From: a virus
Taxonomy: Duplodnaviria > Caudoviricetes
Length of the DNA stretch: 64,000 nt
IMG/VR virus record: IMGVR_UViG_3300043436_004623
Coordinates: 17,298-81,297 of that record
Direction: 5' to 3' (one strand)
A program made the translations under genes and the position numbers. The notes below the pieces were generated by a model, which was given only the letters and a program-made list of their open reading frames with translations, had not been told where the DNA came from and ran no database searches. Below are positions 9,733 through 18,883 of this stretch, piece by piece. Positions within the stretch are counted from its first letter, which is position 1. Each line of letters starts with the position of its first letter.

Positions 9733-10716
9733 TTAAAGCTCTTCTTCTTCAAAAAAATCTTCAATATTTTCAAGATCTGGGTTTTCTGTAAAAATTTGAT
9801 CTTGATCAATGAATGTAGAATCATCCCATCCCCAATCCAATCCATCATCATCACTTAATAAAAGCTCTTCAGCAGATGCCATTGACGAAACAGGTTTAGC
9901 TGACCAGAATTTACAGCTCCAATAACGAGCTTTCCATTTTGGTCCGACATTAGTATCACATTGATGACGTGCTCTAAAACTTTTTCTACGTTCTGGATCG
10001 TCACGACGAATTTCCATATTTGGATCACCAAATTTAACCATTACGGTGTTGCCTTTATCATTTTTAACATAAACGCCAAATTTCTTATTTGATCCACTTG
10101 GTAATCTAAATGGTTTATTAAGAGTCTTTTTTTCAGCTTCAGAATAGTCGATATCATCTAATTCAATATCACCTTCTTCTTCAATATCCACACCAGCTTT
10201 AACTAAGTCAATACGAGCTAAATCAAAATCAATTGAATCGAATTCCCAAAAACAATCTTCTGGTTTTTGTTCATAGTAAAGTTCCTCACCTCTAGCAACA
10301 TCTTGATCTGCGGCACGATAAGAATCTTTAACTTTACCACCTTTCTGCATTTTTAAAAACATATTGACTCTGGCCATTGCCCAGCTATTTCTAGTCTGGC
10401 CAGGTCTATGAGAAACGGAAAATGCTCCAAGTCCACGACGATAGACTTTTTTAAGTTGATTTAAAGTAACTTTTTTATCATATTTTTCATTATGATCAGA
10501 GACTTTCTGCTTTAAAGAGTTAATTACTTTTTCAGTAAAAGTAATTTTTGAATCAGAATCTGAAGATGCTGAATCTGGTTTATTTTTTTCTGAACCCTTT
10601 CTACGCTCAGATGGTTTAGAAGGTGTTTGCGCTCCACTTTTTGGTCCAGGTCTTGATGCTGCATCAGACTCGACTCCAAAAAAACTTCTTAATTTAGATG
10701 AAAAATCAACTTCCAT
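9733..10716 (-). CDS. Hypothetical two-domain protein heading the glycosylation operon
   Basis: Basic domain YRRGLGAF...WAMARVNMFLK, then KKFGVYVK...VKFGDPNM...RRKSFRARH.C...ARYWSCK, acidic tail; GTGTAA motif 10 nt upstream. Confidence 0.7.
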   Translation of the reverse strand: MEVDFSSKLRSFFGVESDAASRPGPKSGAQTPSKPSERRKGSEKNKPDSASSDSDSKITFTEKVINSLKQKVSDHNEKYDKKVTLNQLKKVYRRGLGAFSVSHRPGQTRNSWAMARVNMFLKMQKGGKVKDSYRAADQDVARGEELYYEQKPEDCFWEFDSIDFDLARIDLVKAGVDIEEEGDIELDDIDYSEAEKKTLNKPFRLPSGSNKKFGVYVKNDKGNTVMVKFGDPNMEIRRDDPERRKSFRARHQCDTNVGPKWKARYWSCKFWSAKPVSSMASAEELLLSDDDGLDWGWDDSTFIDQDQIFTENPDLENIEDFFEEEEL

Positions 10717-10760
10717 TATATTAATGTTACACTTTTTTTAAAAAAAATATATCTTTTTTA

Positions 10761-12413
10761 TCAAGATTCACATGTAGAACATGATAAAATTGACCTACTA
10801 AGTTCTTGAGATGGATTACTAGAACGTTGATAGTATAGACCTTTAATACCTTGCTCCCAAGCAAATATCATAAGTTCATTAACTTCCTTTGGCTTAGTAT
10901 TCGGTGGTATCATTAAATTAAGTGATTGACCTTGATCAATAAATTTTTGTCTTTGAGCTGCTTGAATAATAATTTCTTTTTGAGAAATCTCTCCAAATGT
11001 TTTAAATGCATCTTTCTCTTCTTGAGTTAAGAAATCAAGATGCTGAACAGAGCCACCTTTAATCAAAATAGATTTCCATGTTTCTTGATCATTTTTATCT
11101 TTTTCTTTAAGAAGCTTTTCAAGATAAGGATTTTTATAAGTAAATTTACCCTTAGCGAGATCCTTAACAAAATAGTTACTATTAAGAGGTTCAATAGAAG
11201 GCGAAACTTGACCTAATATAAATGAACTGCTAGTTGTTGGAGCAACTGCAAGAGTAGTGGAATTGCGGCGACCATATCCTTCAAGCATTGGAGGTTCTCC
11301 AAATAAGTTTGAAAGTTCGGTTGTTGCCTTATCTGATTTTTCCCTAATGGTGCGCCAAATTTGACCATTGAGCAGTTTAGCATCCATAGATTCAAACGGA
11401 ATCATTTTTGATTGAAGTAGCGAATGCCAACCAAGAACACCAACACCAAGAGCGCGTTGATTAACAGCAAACTTACGTGGAGCCTCCATAAACTTGACAC
11501 CATCTGTCTTTTCAATAAACTCAGACATCACAGCATCAAGAAAATATACAAGAGTCTCTACCGCATCTGTTTCAGCAATCTCATCCCATTTCTCAAGATT
11601 AAGAGATGAGAGATCGCAAACAAATGATTCATCATCTGAATTAGAAAGCATAATTTCATTACAGAGATTGGAGTTATTAATTCTAAGCCCTTTATCTTTG
11701 TACATTTGAGGAGCTTGATTGTTAGCATTATCAGAAAAGAAAATATACGGATAACCAGATTCAAAACGCTTCTTGATCACAAGACCCCAAATCTTACGAG
11801 CTTCTTTGTCTCCTTCAATCATCTTTTTCATCCATTCGTCAGAAACACAAACGCCGATTGACATTTCTTGAATTTCGTGACCTTCACCACGAATTTTAAG
11901 AAATTCTTCGATATCTGGATGATCAATAGGCAGATAGGCAGCAAATGAACCCCTACGAACATTGCCTTGAGAAACAACATTCATAAGCTTATCGTAAAGC
12001 TCCATAAAATGCACTGAACCTGTAGATTTTCCGCCAGATGAGATTGAGGCTCCTCTACCACGCAACGCTCCAAAATATGCACTAGTCCCTCCACCAGCTT
12101 TGGTCATTTGACCGACTTCAGATATTTTTTCAAGAATTGAAGACATTTGATCGGAAATAAAACTGCCAAAACAGGAAATGGGCAAACCTCTCTCACGGCC
12201 AAAATTACTCCAAATTGGACTGGATAAGGAATAAAAACCCTTTGACATGTAATTGACAAATTTGTCTGAGAAACCATCAAGATTACCTAATAAAGATTCA
12301 GCTCTATCAGCAATGTCTTTAATCCTCTGCTCTGGTGTTTCACCTTCTGTCAAATACCCTCTTTCAAGAAATTTTCTTGAATCCTTGTTTAGCCAATATA
12401 CCTCGTTCTTCAT
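10761..12413 (-). CDS. nrdA: Class I ribonucleotide reductase alpha subunit without N-terminal ATP cone
   Basis: LPISCF, GGGT, NSNLCNEI, FVCDLSSLNL, APTTSSS, DQGQSLN, C-terminal CSTCES. Confidence 0.95.
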   Translation of the reverse strand: MKNEVYWLNKDSRKFLERGYLTEGETPEQRIKDIADRAESLLGNLDGFSDKFVNYMSKGFYSLSSPIWSNFGRERGLPISCFGSFISDQMSSILEKISEVGQMTKAGGGTSAYFGALRGRGASISSGGKSTGSVHFMELYDKLMNVVSQGNVRRGSFAAYLPIDHPDIEEFLKIRGEGHEIQEMSIGVCVSDEWMKKMIEGDKEARKIWGLVIKKRFESGYPYIFFSDNANNQAPQMYKDKGLRINNSNLCNEIMLSNSDDESFVCDLSSLNLEKWDEIAETDAVETLVYFLDAVMSEFIEKTDGVKFMEAPRKFAVNQRALGVGVLGWHSLLQSKMIPFESMDAKLLNGQIWRTIREKSDKATTELSNLFGEPPMLEGYGRRNSTTLAVAPTTSSSFILGQVSPSIEPLNSNYFVKDLAKGKFTYKNPYLEKLLKEKDKNDQETWKSILIKGGSVQHLDFLTQEEKDAFKTFGEISQKEIIIQAAQRQKFIDQGQSLNLMIPPNTKPKEVNELMIFAWEQGIKGLYYQRSSNPSQELSRSILSCSTCES

Positions 12414-12416
12414 AAA

Positions 12417-13388
12417 TTAAAACAAATCGTCTTCACTGAATGATTGATTTTTTTTGCTATACTCGACTGGTCTTGAGTGAAAGAAGTCAGTCATGTTGTT
12501 GCCCAAAAGTTCTTCATCAAACCATGTTGTACATGATATAAGATTTTCATCAATTTTAAATACTTTTGGAAAATTAATTTGAGATAGTGATTCATTGATT
12601 CTGTTTTTAATGAATTCCTTTAAAATATCTGCAGATAATCCATCTTCGTTGATTCCATTCACCATCCAATCAACGATTTTAGATTCTGATTTAAAAGCCT
12701 CTTCAGCCTCATGAAGAATTCTCTCTTGAAGATCTTCGTCGAAAAGTTCTGGATGCTCCTCACGAATTGTGTTAATTATTTTAATACCAACTAAAGCATG
12801 AATGTTTTCTTCATTACGAGTATATTTTACCTGTTGATCAGTATCTTTAAGAACATTCTTAAATCTTGCAAACCAATTGATAATATAAAATTGAGAAAAT
12901 AAAGACACATTCTCAACAAATAAAGTAAATAGAATTAAAGCATAAAGATATTGCTTCTTTGAATCTTTATAGAATTTATGCGTGTACTTTTTTAAGTACT
13001 TAACTCTTCCTTGAATCCACTCAAGTTTAAGATTTTCATCAAAAACATCTTCTAAATCAAGAACGCTAATAAGTCTTTCGTATGCGCTATTGTGAATAAC
13101 TTCGATATTAGCCATTACATAACCAAGATCTTGAAGCGATGGGTGTGGTAAGTTTTCACCAAGCTTGGCCCAAAATGTTTTAACAGCAACTTCAATTTGT
13201 CCAATTGCTGATAATGTGCGAACAATAATCTCTCTTTCTTGATCAGTCAATTCGGTTTTGAATTGTTGAACATCCGCTTTAAATGAAAATTCCTTGTCTG
13301 TCCAAAAGCCATTATGCATGGCTTCAATAAACTGTTCTGTCCAAGGGTACAAATTAGGTTTGCGGGAGATTTGTTCTTCAAAGATCAT
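12417..13388 (-). CDS. nrdB: Class I ribonucleotide reductase beta subunit
   Basis: GQIE, EVIHNSAY (radical Tyr), VENVSLFSQF, EENIH; start reassigned to ATG 13388 (MIFEEQ), 11 nt after GTGTAA. Confidence 0.95.
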   Translation of the reverse strand: MIFEEQISRKPNLYPWTEQFIEAMHNGFWTDKEFSFKADVQQFKTELTDQEREIIVRTLSAIGQIEVAVKTFWAKLGENLPHPSLQDLGYVMANIEVIHNSAYERLISVLDLEDVFDENLKLEWIQGRVKYLKKYTHKFYKDSKKQYLYALILFTLFVENVSLFSQFYIINWFARFKNVLKDTDQQVKYTRNEENIHALVGIKIINTIREEHPELFDEDLQERILHEAEEAFKSESKIVDWMVNGINEDGLSADILKEFIKNRINESLSQINFPKVFKIDENLISCTTWFDEELLGNNMTDFFHSRPVEYSKKNQSFSEDDLF

Positions 13389-13456
13389 AGTAATATGATT
13401 TACACTATACCCCAAAATTAATATTTTACAAGACGAAAATTTAGTAATTTTTTTTC

Positions 13457-13485
13457 TTGACATCATTTTTTATTTGGTGTATACG
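13457..13485 (+). promoter_or_regulatory. sigma70-type promoter firing into a ~200-nt non-coding gap
   Basis: TTGACA-17-TATACG. Confidence 0.45.
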
Positions 13486-13654
13486 ATAAACAAGAAGCTT
13501 TACTTCTAGCAGCAAAAAGAAAAAAACGTTTACTAAAAACCATAAGCTTTACGAATAAAATATATTTTAAAGTAAAGTAGAGAGTAAAAGTTGACGTAAT
13601 TTGTTAGAGATAAGAAATGTAAAATATATTTTATTACGAATATTTTTTTAAATA

Positions 13655-13683
13655 TTGACATTTTCAAACATTTCAATTATACT
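13655..13683 (+). promoter_or_regulatory. sigma70-type promoter of the dut-ssb operon
   Basis: TTGACA-17-TATACT, 8 nt before ATG 13692. Confidence 0.8.
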
Positions 13684-13691
13684 TTAAAAAA

Positions 13692-13988
13692 ATGCTTCTA
13701 AATAATGAGGATGATTGCAAGTTATTCTTGTGCGCAAGTGCTAATTGGCAGTGCGTAGTAGAGTCATTTAGTTATGAGCAAGCTGCATCTAAAGCGGTGC
13801 AGGAGGCCGTGGATAAAACTGGAGAAGAATTTTCAATAGGCGCTGCGATTTCAGTAACAGAACTTTCTTTAAGGAAAAAAAACTCTATCTTAGTTTTCTC
13901 ACCAAGAGTACTTGCGGATATTGGAATGCACACCTTATCATCAAATTTACTAAACATAATAGATAAAGATACCAATGACGACGATTAA
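13692..13988 (+). CDS. Hypothetical protein
   Basis: ORF directly behind a consensus promoter and overlapping dut. Confidence 0.6.
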   Translation: MLLNNEDDCKLFLCASANWQCVVESFSYEQAASKAVQEAVDKTGEEFSIGAAISVTELSLRKKNSILVFSPRVLADIGMHTLSSNLLNIIDKDTNDDD

Positions 13989-14478
13989 AGTAAATACATT
14001 AGAGACTATAAGGTATCCAGCAAACGAAGCTGATTCTGGCTATGACATTATAGCTGCATCAGATCCGTTTATTCAAGGGATATCTATAGATAAGACAGAC
14101 GATTATCTTTCAATTGATTATATTGAGTATGATACAAACTTAATTATTGAGCCTCAAAATGGTTATCATACTTGTGTTTTCCCAAGATCTTCAATATCAA
14201 AATACAATCTTACTTTAGCCAATTCTATTGGTTTGATTGATAATGGTTATAGAGGCACAATTAAGCTTAGATTTAAATATAATGCACAACCTCTTGATTA
14301 TAAAATTCATGACAACGCTAAACTCTCTATTAGCATAAACAAAAACAAGCTTTATAAAAAGGGAGATAAAATTGGACAACTCGTGTTTGCAAAAACTTTC
14401 AATCCAGCAATTGAACTTGTGGAATCGTTTGAATTAACAGATAGAAATAGTGGGGGCTTTGGGAGCACTGGACAATGA
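13975..14478 (+). CDS. dut: Trimeric dUTPase
   Basis: SGYDI, PRSS, GLIDNGYRG, IGQL, RNSGGFGSTG. Confidence 0.95.
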   Translation: MTTIKVNTLETIRYPANEADSGYDIIAASDPFIQGISIDKTDDYLSIDYIEYDTNLIIEPQNGYHTCVFPRSSISKYNLTLANSIGLIDNGYRGTIKLRFKYNAQPLDYKIHDNAKLSISINKNKLYKKGDKIGQLVFAKTFNPAIELVESFELTDRNSGGFGSTGQ

Positions 14479-15065
14479 CTACAATAATTGGAATTGCTGG
14501 ACCTGCAAGAAGCGGAAAGGATACCCTGTGCAATCAATTTCTTGAGATTTTTCAAGAAATGAACATAAAAGCTAAAAGATCTGCATTGGCTGATCAATTA
14601 AAACTAGAGTCTAAAGACTTTATTTTCAATACTTTGGGTATTGATGTCTTTACAGAAAAAACCGAAGAAAAGAATATTATTAGACCATTTTTAGTCACAT
14701 GGGGTACGCACGTCAGAAGAAAACTTGATCCAGATATTTGGATTAAAAAAATCCAAGACTCAATTGAAGAAAACTCAATCCTAATTGTACCTGATATAAG
14801 ATTTAAAAATGAATTTGATTGGGTTAAAAATAACAATGGCTATATGTTTTTTGTCGATAGGATTAATGAAAATGGAGAACTGGTCCCAGATGCAAATCAA
14901 GATGAGGCTGAAAATAATACGTTTTTAAGAGAAAGCTCTGATCATTCATTTGTATGGTCTACAACCGATGATAAAAAAATATTAATTTCTGTTGCTTTTG
15001 AAATTATATCTAATACAATAAGTGATCAACAACTTTCCATATGGAGACAGACTTATTCCTTATAA
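14475..15065 (+). CDS. Deoxynucleoside monophosphate kinase
   Basis: IIGIAGPARSGKDT, RPFL..WGT..RR, VPDIRFKNE. Confidence 0.85.
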   Translation: MTTIIGIAGPARSGKDTLCNQFLEIFQEMNIKAKRSALADQLKLESKDFIFNTLGIDVFTEKTEEKNIIRPFLVTWGTHVRRKLDPDIWIKKIQDSIEENSILIVPDIRFKNEFDWVKNNNGYMFFVDRINENGELVPDANQDEAENNTFLRESSDHSFVWSTTDDKKILISVAFEIISNTISDQQLSIWRQTYSL

Positions 15066-15610
15066 ATGAAATTAAAAATCACAATGACAACTGGTGTCTT
15101 AAAGAGTTAATTGATAGACACTCTGGTATTTATATGACTATTGTAAATAAGATTATATCTGATTCTTGTGATTTTGTTAATAAAACTGACGTTATAGCAG
15201 ATAAGGATTATACCATATATAATGCCGCATTAAAATATAATCCAGATTTAAATACTAAATTTCCTACGTATCTAGCGAATGAAACCCGTTGGAAATGTTT
15301 AAATTTATATAATAAGAATAAAAAAAGAAAAGAAGAACCTCTTGAGTATCATGAGAATGATAAAGAGGTTTCTGGTGATTTTGTTTCAGATTTACAAAAT
15401 TATGAAATACTTAATAAGATTTATAAATTAGCTGAAACACATGAAGACAAAAGAATCAAAAAAATCATTGACATGAGATATGGTTCGGACTATAATAAAC
15501 TCACACCTTGGAAAACTATTGCGAAAAAACTTAGGATGAGCATACAAGGATGCATCAATATTCATAATAAGTTTATAGAACAAACAAAGAAAGAATTAGA
15601 AAATGTTTAA
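15041..15610 (+). CDS. Phage RNA polymerase sigma-70-like factor
   Basis: LKELIDRHSGIY, AALKYNP...KFPTYLANETRW (region 2), MRYG...TPWKTIAKKL.MS.QG (region 4 HTH). Confidence 0.8.
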   Translation: METDLFLINEIKNHNDNWCLKELIDRHSGIYMTIVNKIISDSCDFVNKTDVIADKDYTIYNAALKYNPDLNTKFPTYLANETRWKCLNLYNKNKKRKEEPLEYHENDKEVSGDFVSDLQNYEILNKIYKLAETHEDKRIKKIIDMRYGSDYNKLTPWKTIAKKLRMSIQGCINIHNKFIEQTKKELENV

Positions 15611-16025
15611 CACAATTATTACACTAGCACACCTAGTAAAAGATCCAGAAATCAAACAAACCCAAAGTGGTAAGTCAGTATGCTCAATGCGAATCTGCGT
15701 TTCAGAAAATCAAGCAAAGACAAAGTGCTTTATTGATTGTGAGGCTTGGGATAAGACAGCAGAAGCTTGCGCTAAATTCATGAAGAAGGGTAGAGAGATT
15801 ATGGTTGAGGGGGAGCTTTGCATGTCTTCGTGGACTAATAAAGAAGGTGTAACACAAAGCCGACATTTTATCCGTGCCAATAAGGTTAAGTTTATGAATT
15901 CAGCCTTGAAGAAGGATGATGGTTCTGGACCCGCAGAAAGTGAAGCGACATATAGAACTAATAAAAATGCAAATACTCCAATCTCAGAAGGTGCTGGAGA
16001 CAACACTGAAGATATTCCATTTTGA
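15603..16025 (+). CDS. ssb: Single-stranded DNA-binding protein
   Basis: LVKDPE, FIDCEAW...AE, G.EIMVEGEL, acidic tail EDIPF. Confidence 0.92.
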   Translation: MFNTIITLAHLVKDPEIKQTQSGKSVCSMRICVSENQAKTKCFIDCEAWDKTAEACAKFMKKGREIMVEGELCMSSWTNKEGVTQSRHFIRANKVKFMNSALKKDDGSGPAESEATYRTNKNANTPISEGAGDNTEDIPF

Positions 16026-17101
16026 TGAAACTTTTAGTAGAAGCTCCACTTAATTCACTTAGCTTTGGGAATGTCTCATTGAACATTCTCAGAGAATTTT
16101 ATAAGAAAAATGTTGATGTTGGAATTTTCCCAATTGGGAATCTTGACATTTCTACTTTTGAAATTTCCCAAGATTTTGGGCAATGGTTGCAAAAATCTAT
16201 TGATACTCGATTTAATTACTTATCAAAAGATATTCCTGGTTTTAAATTATGGCATCTTAATGGAAGTGAAAATAGAAAAAACTCAACTCAAAATCTATTA
16301 ACGTTTTATGAATGCAGTGAACCAACAGAACTTGAAAAAACACTTTGCAAAGCTCAGGATAAAGTATTCTTTAGCTCAACCTACTCAAGAGATAAGTTTT
16401 TATCTAACGGTTGTGAAAATGCAACTTATATCCCTATGGGGTTTGATAAAGACTTTACCCGCACTAATAAGAAATATCTTGAAGGTGTGATCCATTTTGG
16501 TTTGATGGGTAAGTTTGAAAACAGAAAGCATACTGGCAAAATCATTAAGTCTTGGCTTAAGAAATATGGTAATGACAATAAATATCAGTTAACTTGTTGT
16601 GTTACTAATCCATTTTTTAAACCAGAGCAAATGCAGGGTATTATTGAAAATGTTTTAGAGGGAAAAAGATATACTAACATTAATTTTCTTCCGTATCTCA
16701 AGACAAACAAAGAAGTTAATGAATTCTTAAATGCAATTGATATTGACTTAACTGGTTTAAGTTTATCGGAGGGTTGGAATTTGCCAGCATTTAATGCTAC
16801 ATGCCTTGGTAAATGGTCTATAGTTCATAATGCTACAGCTCATAAAGATTGGGCAAATAATGAAAATAGTATTTTAGTTGAATCTGAATCTGAAATAGAA
16901 TGTTATGATCAAGTTTTCTTTCAAAAGGGTTCTGACTTTAATCAAGGAAAATGGCCAATTTACTCTGACGAATCAATGATTTCTGCTATGGAAATGGCAG
17001 AAAAAAAATCTGGACAATTAAATTTTGAAGGCATTAAATTATCTGAAAAATTTACCTACTCCAATACAGCTGATTTATTGCTTAAAAAAATATTTGAATA
17101 A
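16025..17101 (+). CDS. Glycosyltransferase, GT4-like
   Basis: GLMGKFENRKHT, GLSLSEGWNLPAFNATCLGK. Confidence 0.75.
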   Translation: MKLLVEAPLNSLSFGNVSLNILREFYKKNVDVGIFPIGNLDISTFEISQDFGQWLQKSIDTRFNYLSKDIPGFKLWHLNGSENRKNSTQNLLTFYECSEPTELEKTLCKAQDKVFFSSTYSRDKFLSNGCENATYIPMGFDKDFTRTNKKYLEGVIHFGLMGKFENRKHTGKIIKSWLKKYGNDNKYQLTCCVTNPFFKPEQMQGIIENVLEGKRYTNINFLPYLKTNKEVNEFLNAIDIDLTGLSLSEGWNLPAFNATCLGKWSIVHNATAHKDWANNENSILVESESEIECYDQVFFQKGSDFNQGKWPIYSDESMISAMEMAEKKSGQLNFEGIKLSEKFTYSNTADLLLKKIFE

Positions 17102-17141
17102 ATTCAGATTAATGGTGTAAATATATTACATCTTCCATAAT

Positions 17142-17963
17142 ATGAATTTAAAAATAAATGTAGAAAAATCAAATATTATATTAAATAATTTAAATTTATC
17201 TAATAAAAAAATATCTCAATTAATAAATGTATCAGAAACTACTGTAGAAAAATTTCTTAAAAAGAGTGGTATTAAAAAAGGAAGGAGAAAACTCTCTTTA
17301 AATGAGTCTTTTTTTGAAAACATAAATACTAATGATAAATGTTATATACTTGGATTAATATATGCAGATGGGTGGAATAACGTCTCTGGTAATAGATGGG
17401 GAATTCAATTAACTAAAGATGATGAATATATATTATATGAGATATCTAAAATTTTAGACTACGGTGGTTCTATTAAAACCCTTAAACCATCTTGTGAAAA
17501 CGGAAAGTTAAGATCAAGGTTAGAATTATGTAGCAAAAAAATGTGTAACGATTTATTAAATTTAGGAGTTGTTCAAAATAAAAGTTTAGTGTTAGATTTT
17601 TATGAAGAAAAGCTCCCGTTAAACTTTATAAATGATTTTTTTAGAGGCGTTTTTGATGGAGATGGTTCTTTATATATATCACCTAAATTTACTCATTTTT
17701 CAGTAAAAATTACATCTTCTACTATATTTTGCAAATCTTGTCAAAGATTTTTAGAAAAACATATTAATTACAAACCTTCTTTAAAAATTTATAAACAAAA
17801 CCCTAAATCATGTGATTTAATTATTTCTGGTAGAAATAACGTATTAAATTTTTTAAATTGGATTTATAATAGTGAAAGCGATTTAAAACTTTCTAGAAAA
17901 TATAATAAATTTTTATCTATACCTAATGGACCTAAAAAAAATCCACACAACTCATCAAAGTAG
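17142..17963 (+). mobile_element. Free-standing LAGLIDADG homing endonuclease
   Basis: ILGLIYADGW and FFRGVFDGDGSL motifs, N-terminal HTH-like segment. Confidence 0.9.
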
Positions 17964-18051
17964 GACAAAATAACGCAGAGGGACAAAAGTTGTCGGTCAA
18001 TATGACATATGAACATACTGCGAGCGCCATTTTGTCTAGTATTTTCGGGGG

Positions 18052-18080
18052 TTGACACTTGGCATAATATATGATATATA
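18052..18080 (+). promoter_or_regulatory. sigma70-type promoter of hsp20
   Basis: TTGACA-17-TATATA with TG extension. Confidence 0.6.
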
Positions 18081-18088
18081 AAAAGCCT

Positions 18089-18430
18089 ATGAGTACATTA
18101 TTTACTAATACACTATTCGACGAATTATTTTCAGCATCAGACTCTTGCTGCAAAAAAAACTCTCAAAAATCTTCTATTAAAGATATCGGAGATGTTTATA
18201 CGGCAGAAGTTGAACTTGCTGGATATGATAAATCTGAAATTAAAATCACAGCGACAGATGAAGTTCTTAAAATTAAAGCTAAAAATGAAGAGAGATCTAA
18301 AGATTTAGTTATTAATCTTAATAACGCTGTTTCAATTAATCATATTAAATCAGAATATAAAAACGGATTGCTTAAATTAACACTTCCAAAAAAATCGGTA
18401 ACCGACAAAGTGGAAATCAAAATAGCATAA
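18089..18430 (+). CDS. Small heat-shock protein (Hsp20)
   Basis: VELAGYDKSEIKI, IKSEYKNGLLKLTLPK; start placed at ATG 18089. Confidence 0.88.
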   Translation: MSTLFTNTLFDELFSASDSCCKKNSQKSSIKDIGDVYTAEVELAGYDKSEIKITATDEVLKIKAKNEERSKDLVINLNNAVSINHIKSEYKNGLLKLTLPKKSVTDKVEIKIA

Positions 18431-18448
18431 TATAGTTAAACCCAAATT

Positions 18449-18483
18449 AAACAGGTGGAATTGAATTTCCACCTGTTTTTTTT
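18449..18483 (+). terminator. Intrinsic terminator
   Basis: AAACAGGTGGAA/TTCCACCTGTTT stem followed by a T-tract. Confidence 0.85.
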
Positions 18484-18493
18484 ATAGTAATAT

Positions 18494-18883
18494 ATGCCAG
18501 TCTATACTTACAAAAGAAAATCAACCGATGAACATCGTGATGTTTTTCAATCAATGAATGATAAACATGAATACTTTGGTGAAAATGGAGATGAAGATGA
18601 TTGGATCAGAGTGTTTTATTCTCCATGCGCCTCTATTGATTCTCAAATAGATCCATTTAGCTCAAAACAATTTGCGGAAAAGACTGGAACTAAAAAGGGG
18701 ACGTATGGTGATTTATTGGACAGAAGCGCCGAAATGAGTAATAAACGTGCAGAACTAGCTGGCGGCAAAGATCCTGTTAAAGAAAAGTACTTTGAAAATT
18801 ACTCAAAAGAACGTAAGGGTGCTAAACACCCAGAACAGATGAAATCTTTTGAAAGTAAAACTGTCAAGGTTGATTATAATTAA
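18494..18883 (+). CDS. FmdB-like small protein (no cysteine ribbon)
   Basis: MPVYTYK start typical of the FmdB-like family; converges on the tail fibre gene. Confidence 0.5.
   Translation: MPVYTYKRKSTDEHRDVFQSMNDKHEYFGENGDEDDWIRVFYSPCASIDSQIDPFSSKQFAEKTGTKKGTYGDLLDRSAEMSNKRAELAGGKDPVKEKYFENYSKERKGAKHPEQMKSFESKTVKVDYN

Noticed and set aside
13389-13466. N-terminal extension of nrdB in the ORF track
   Set aside because: Non-homologous-looking sequence spanning the GTGTAA motif; ATG 13388 fits better
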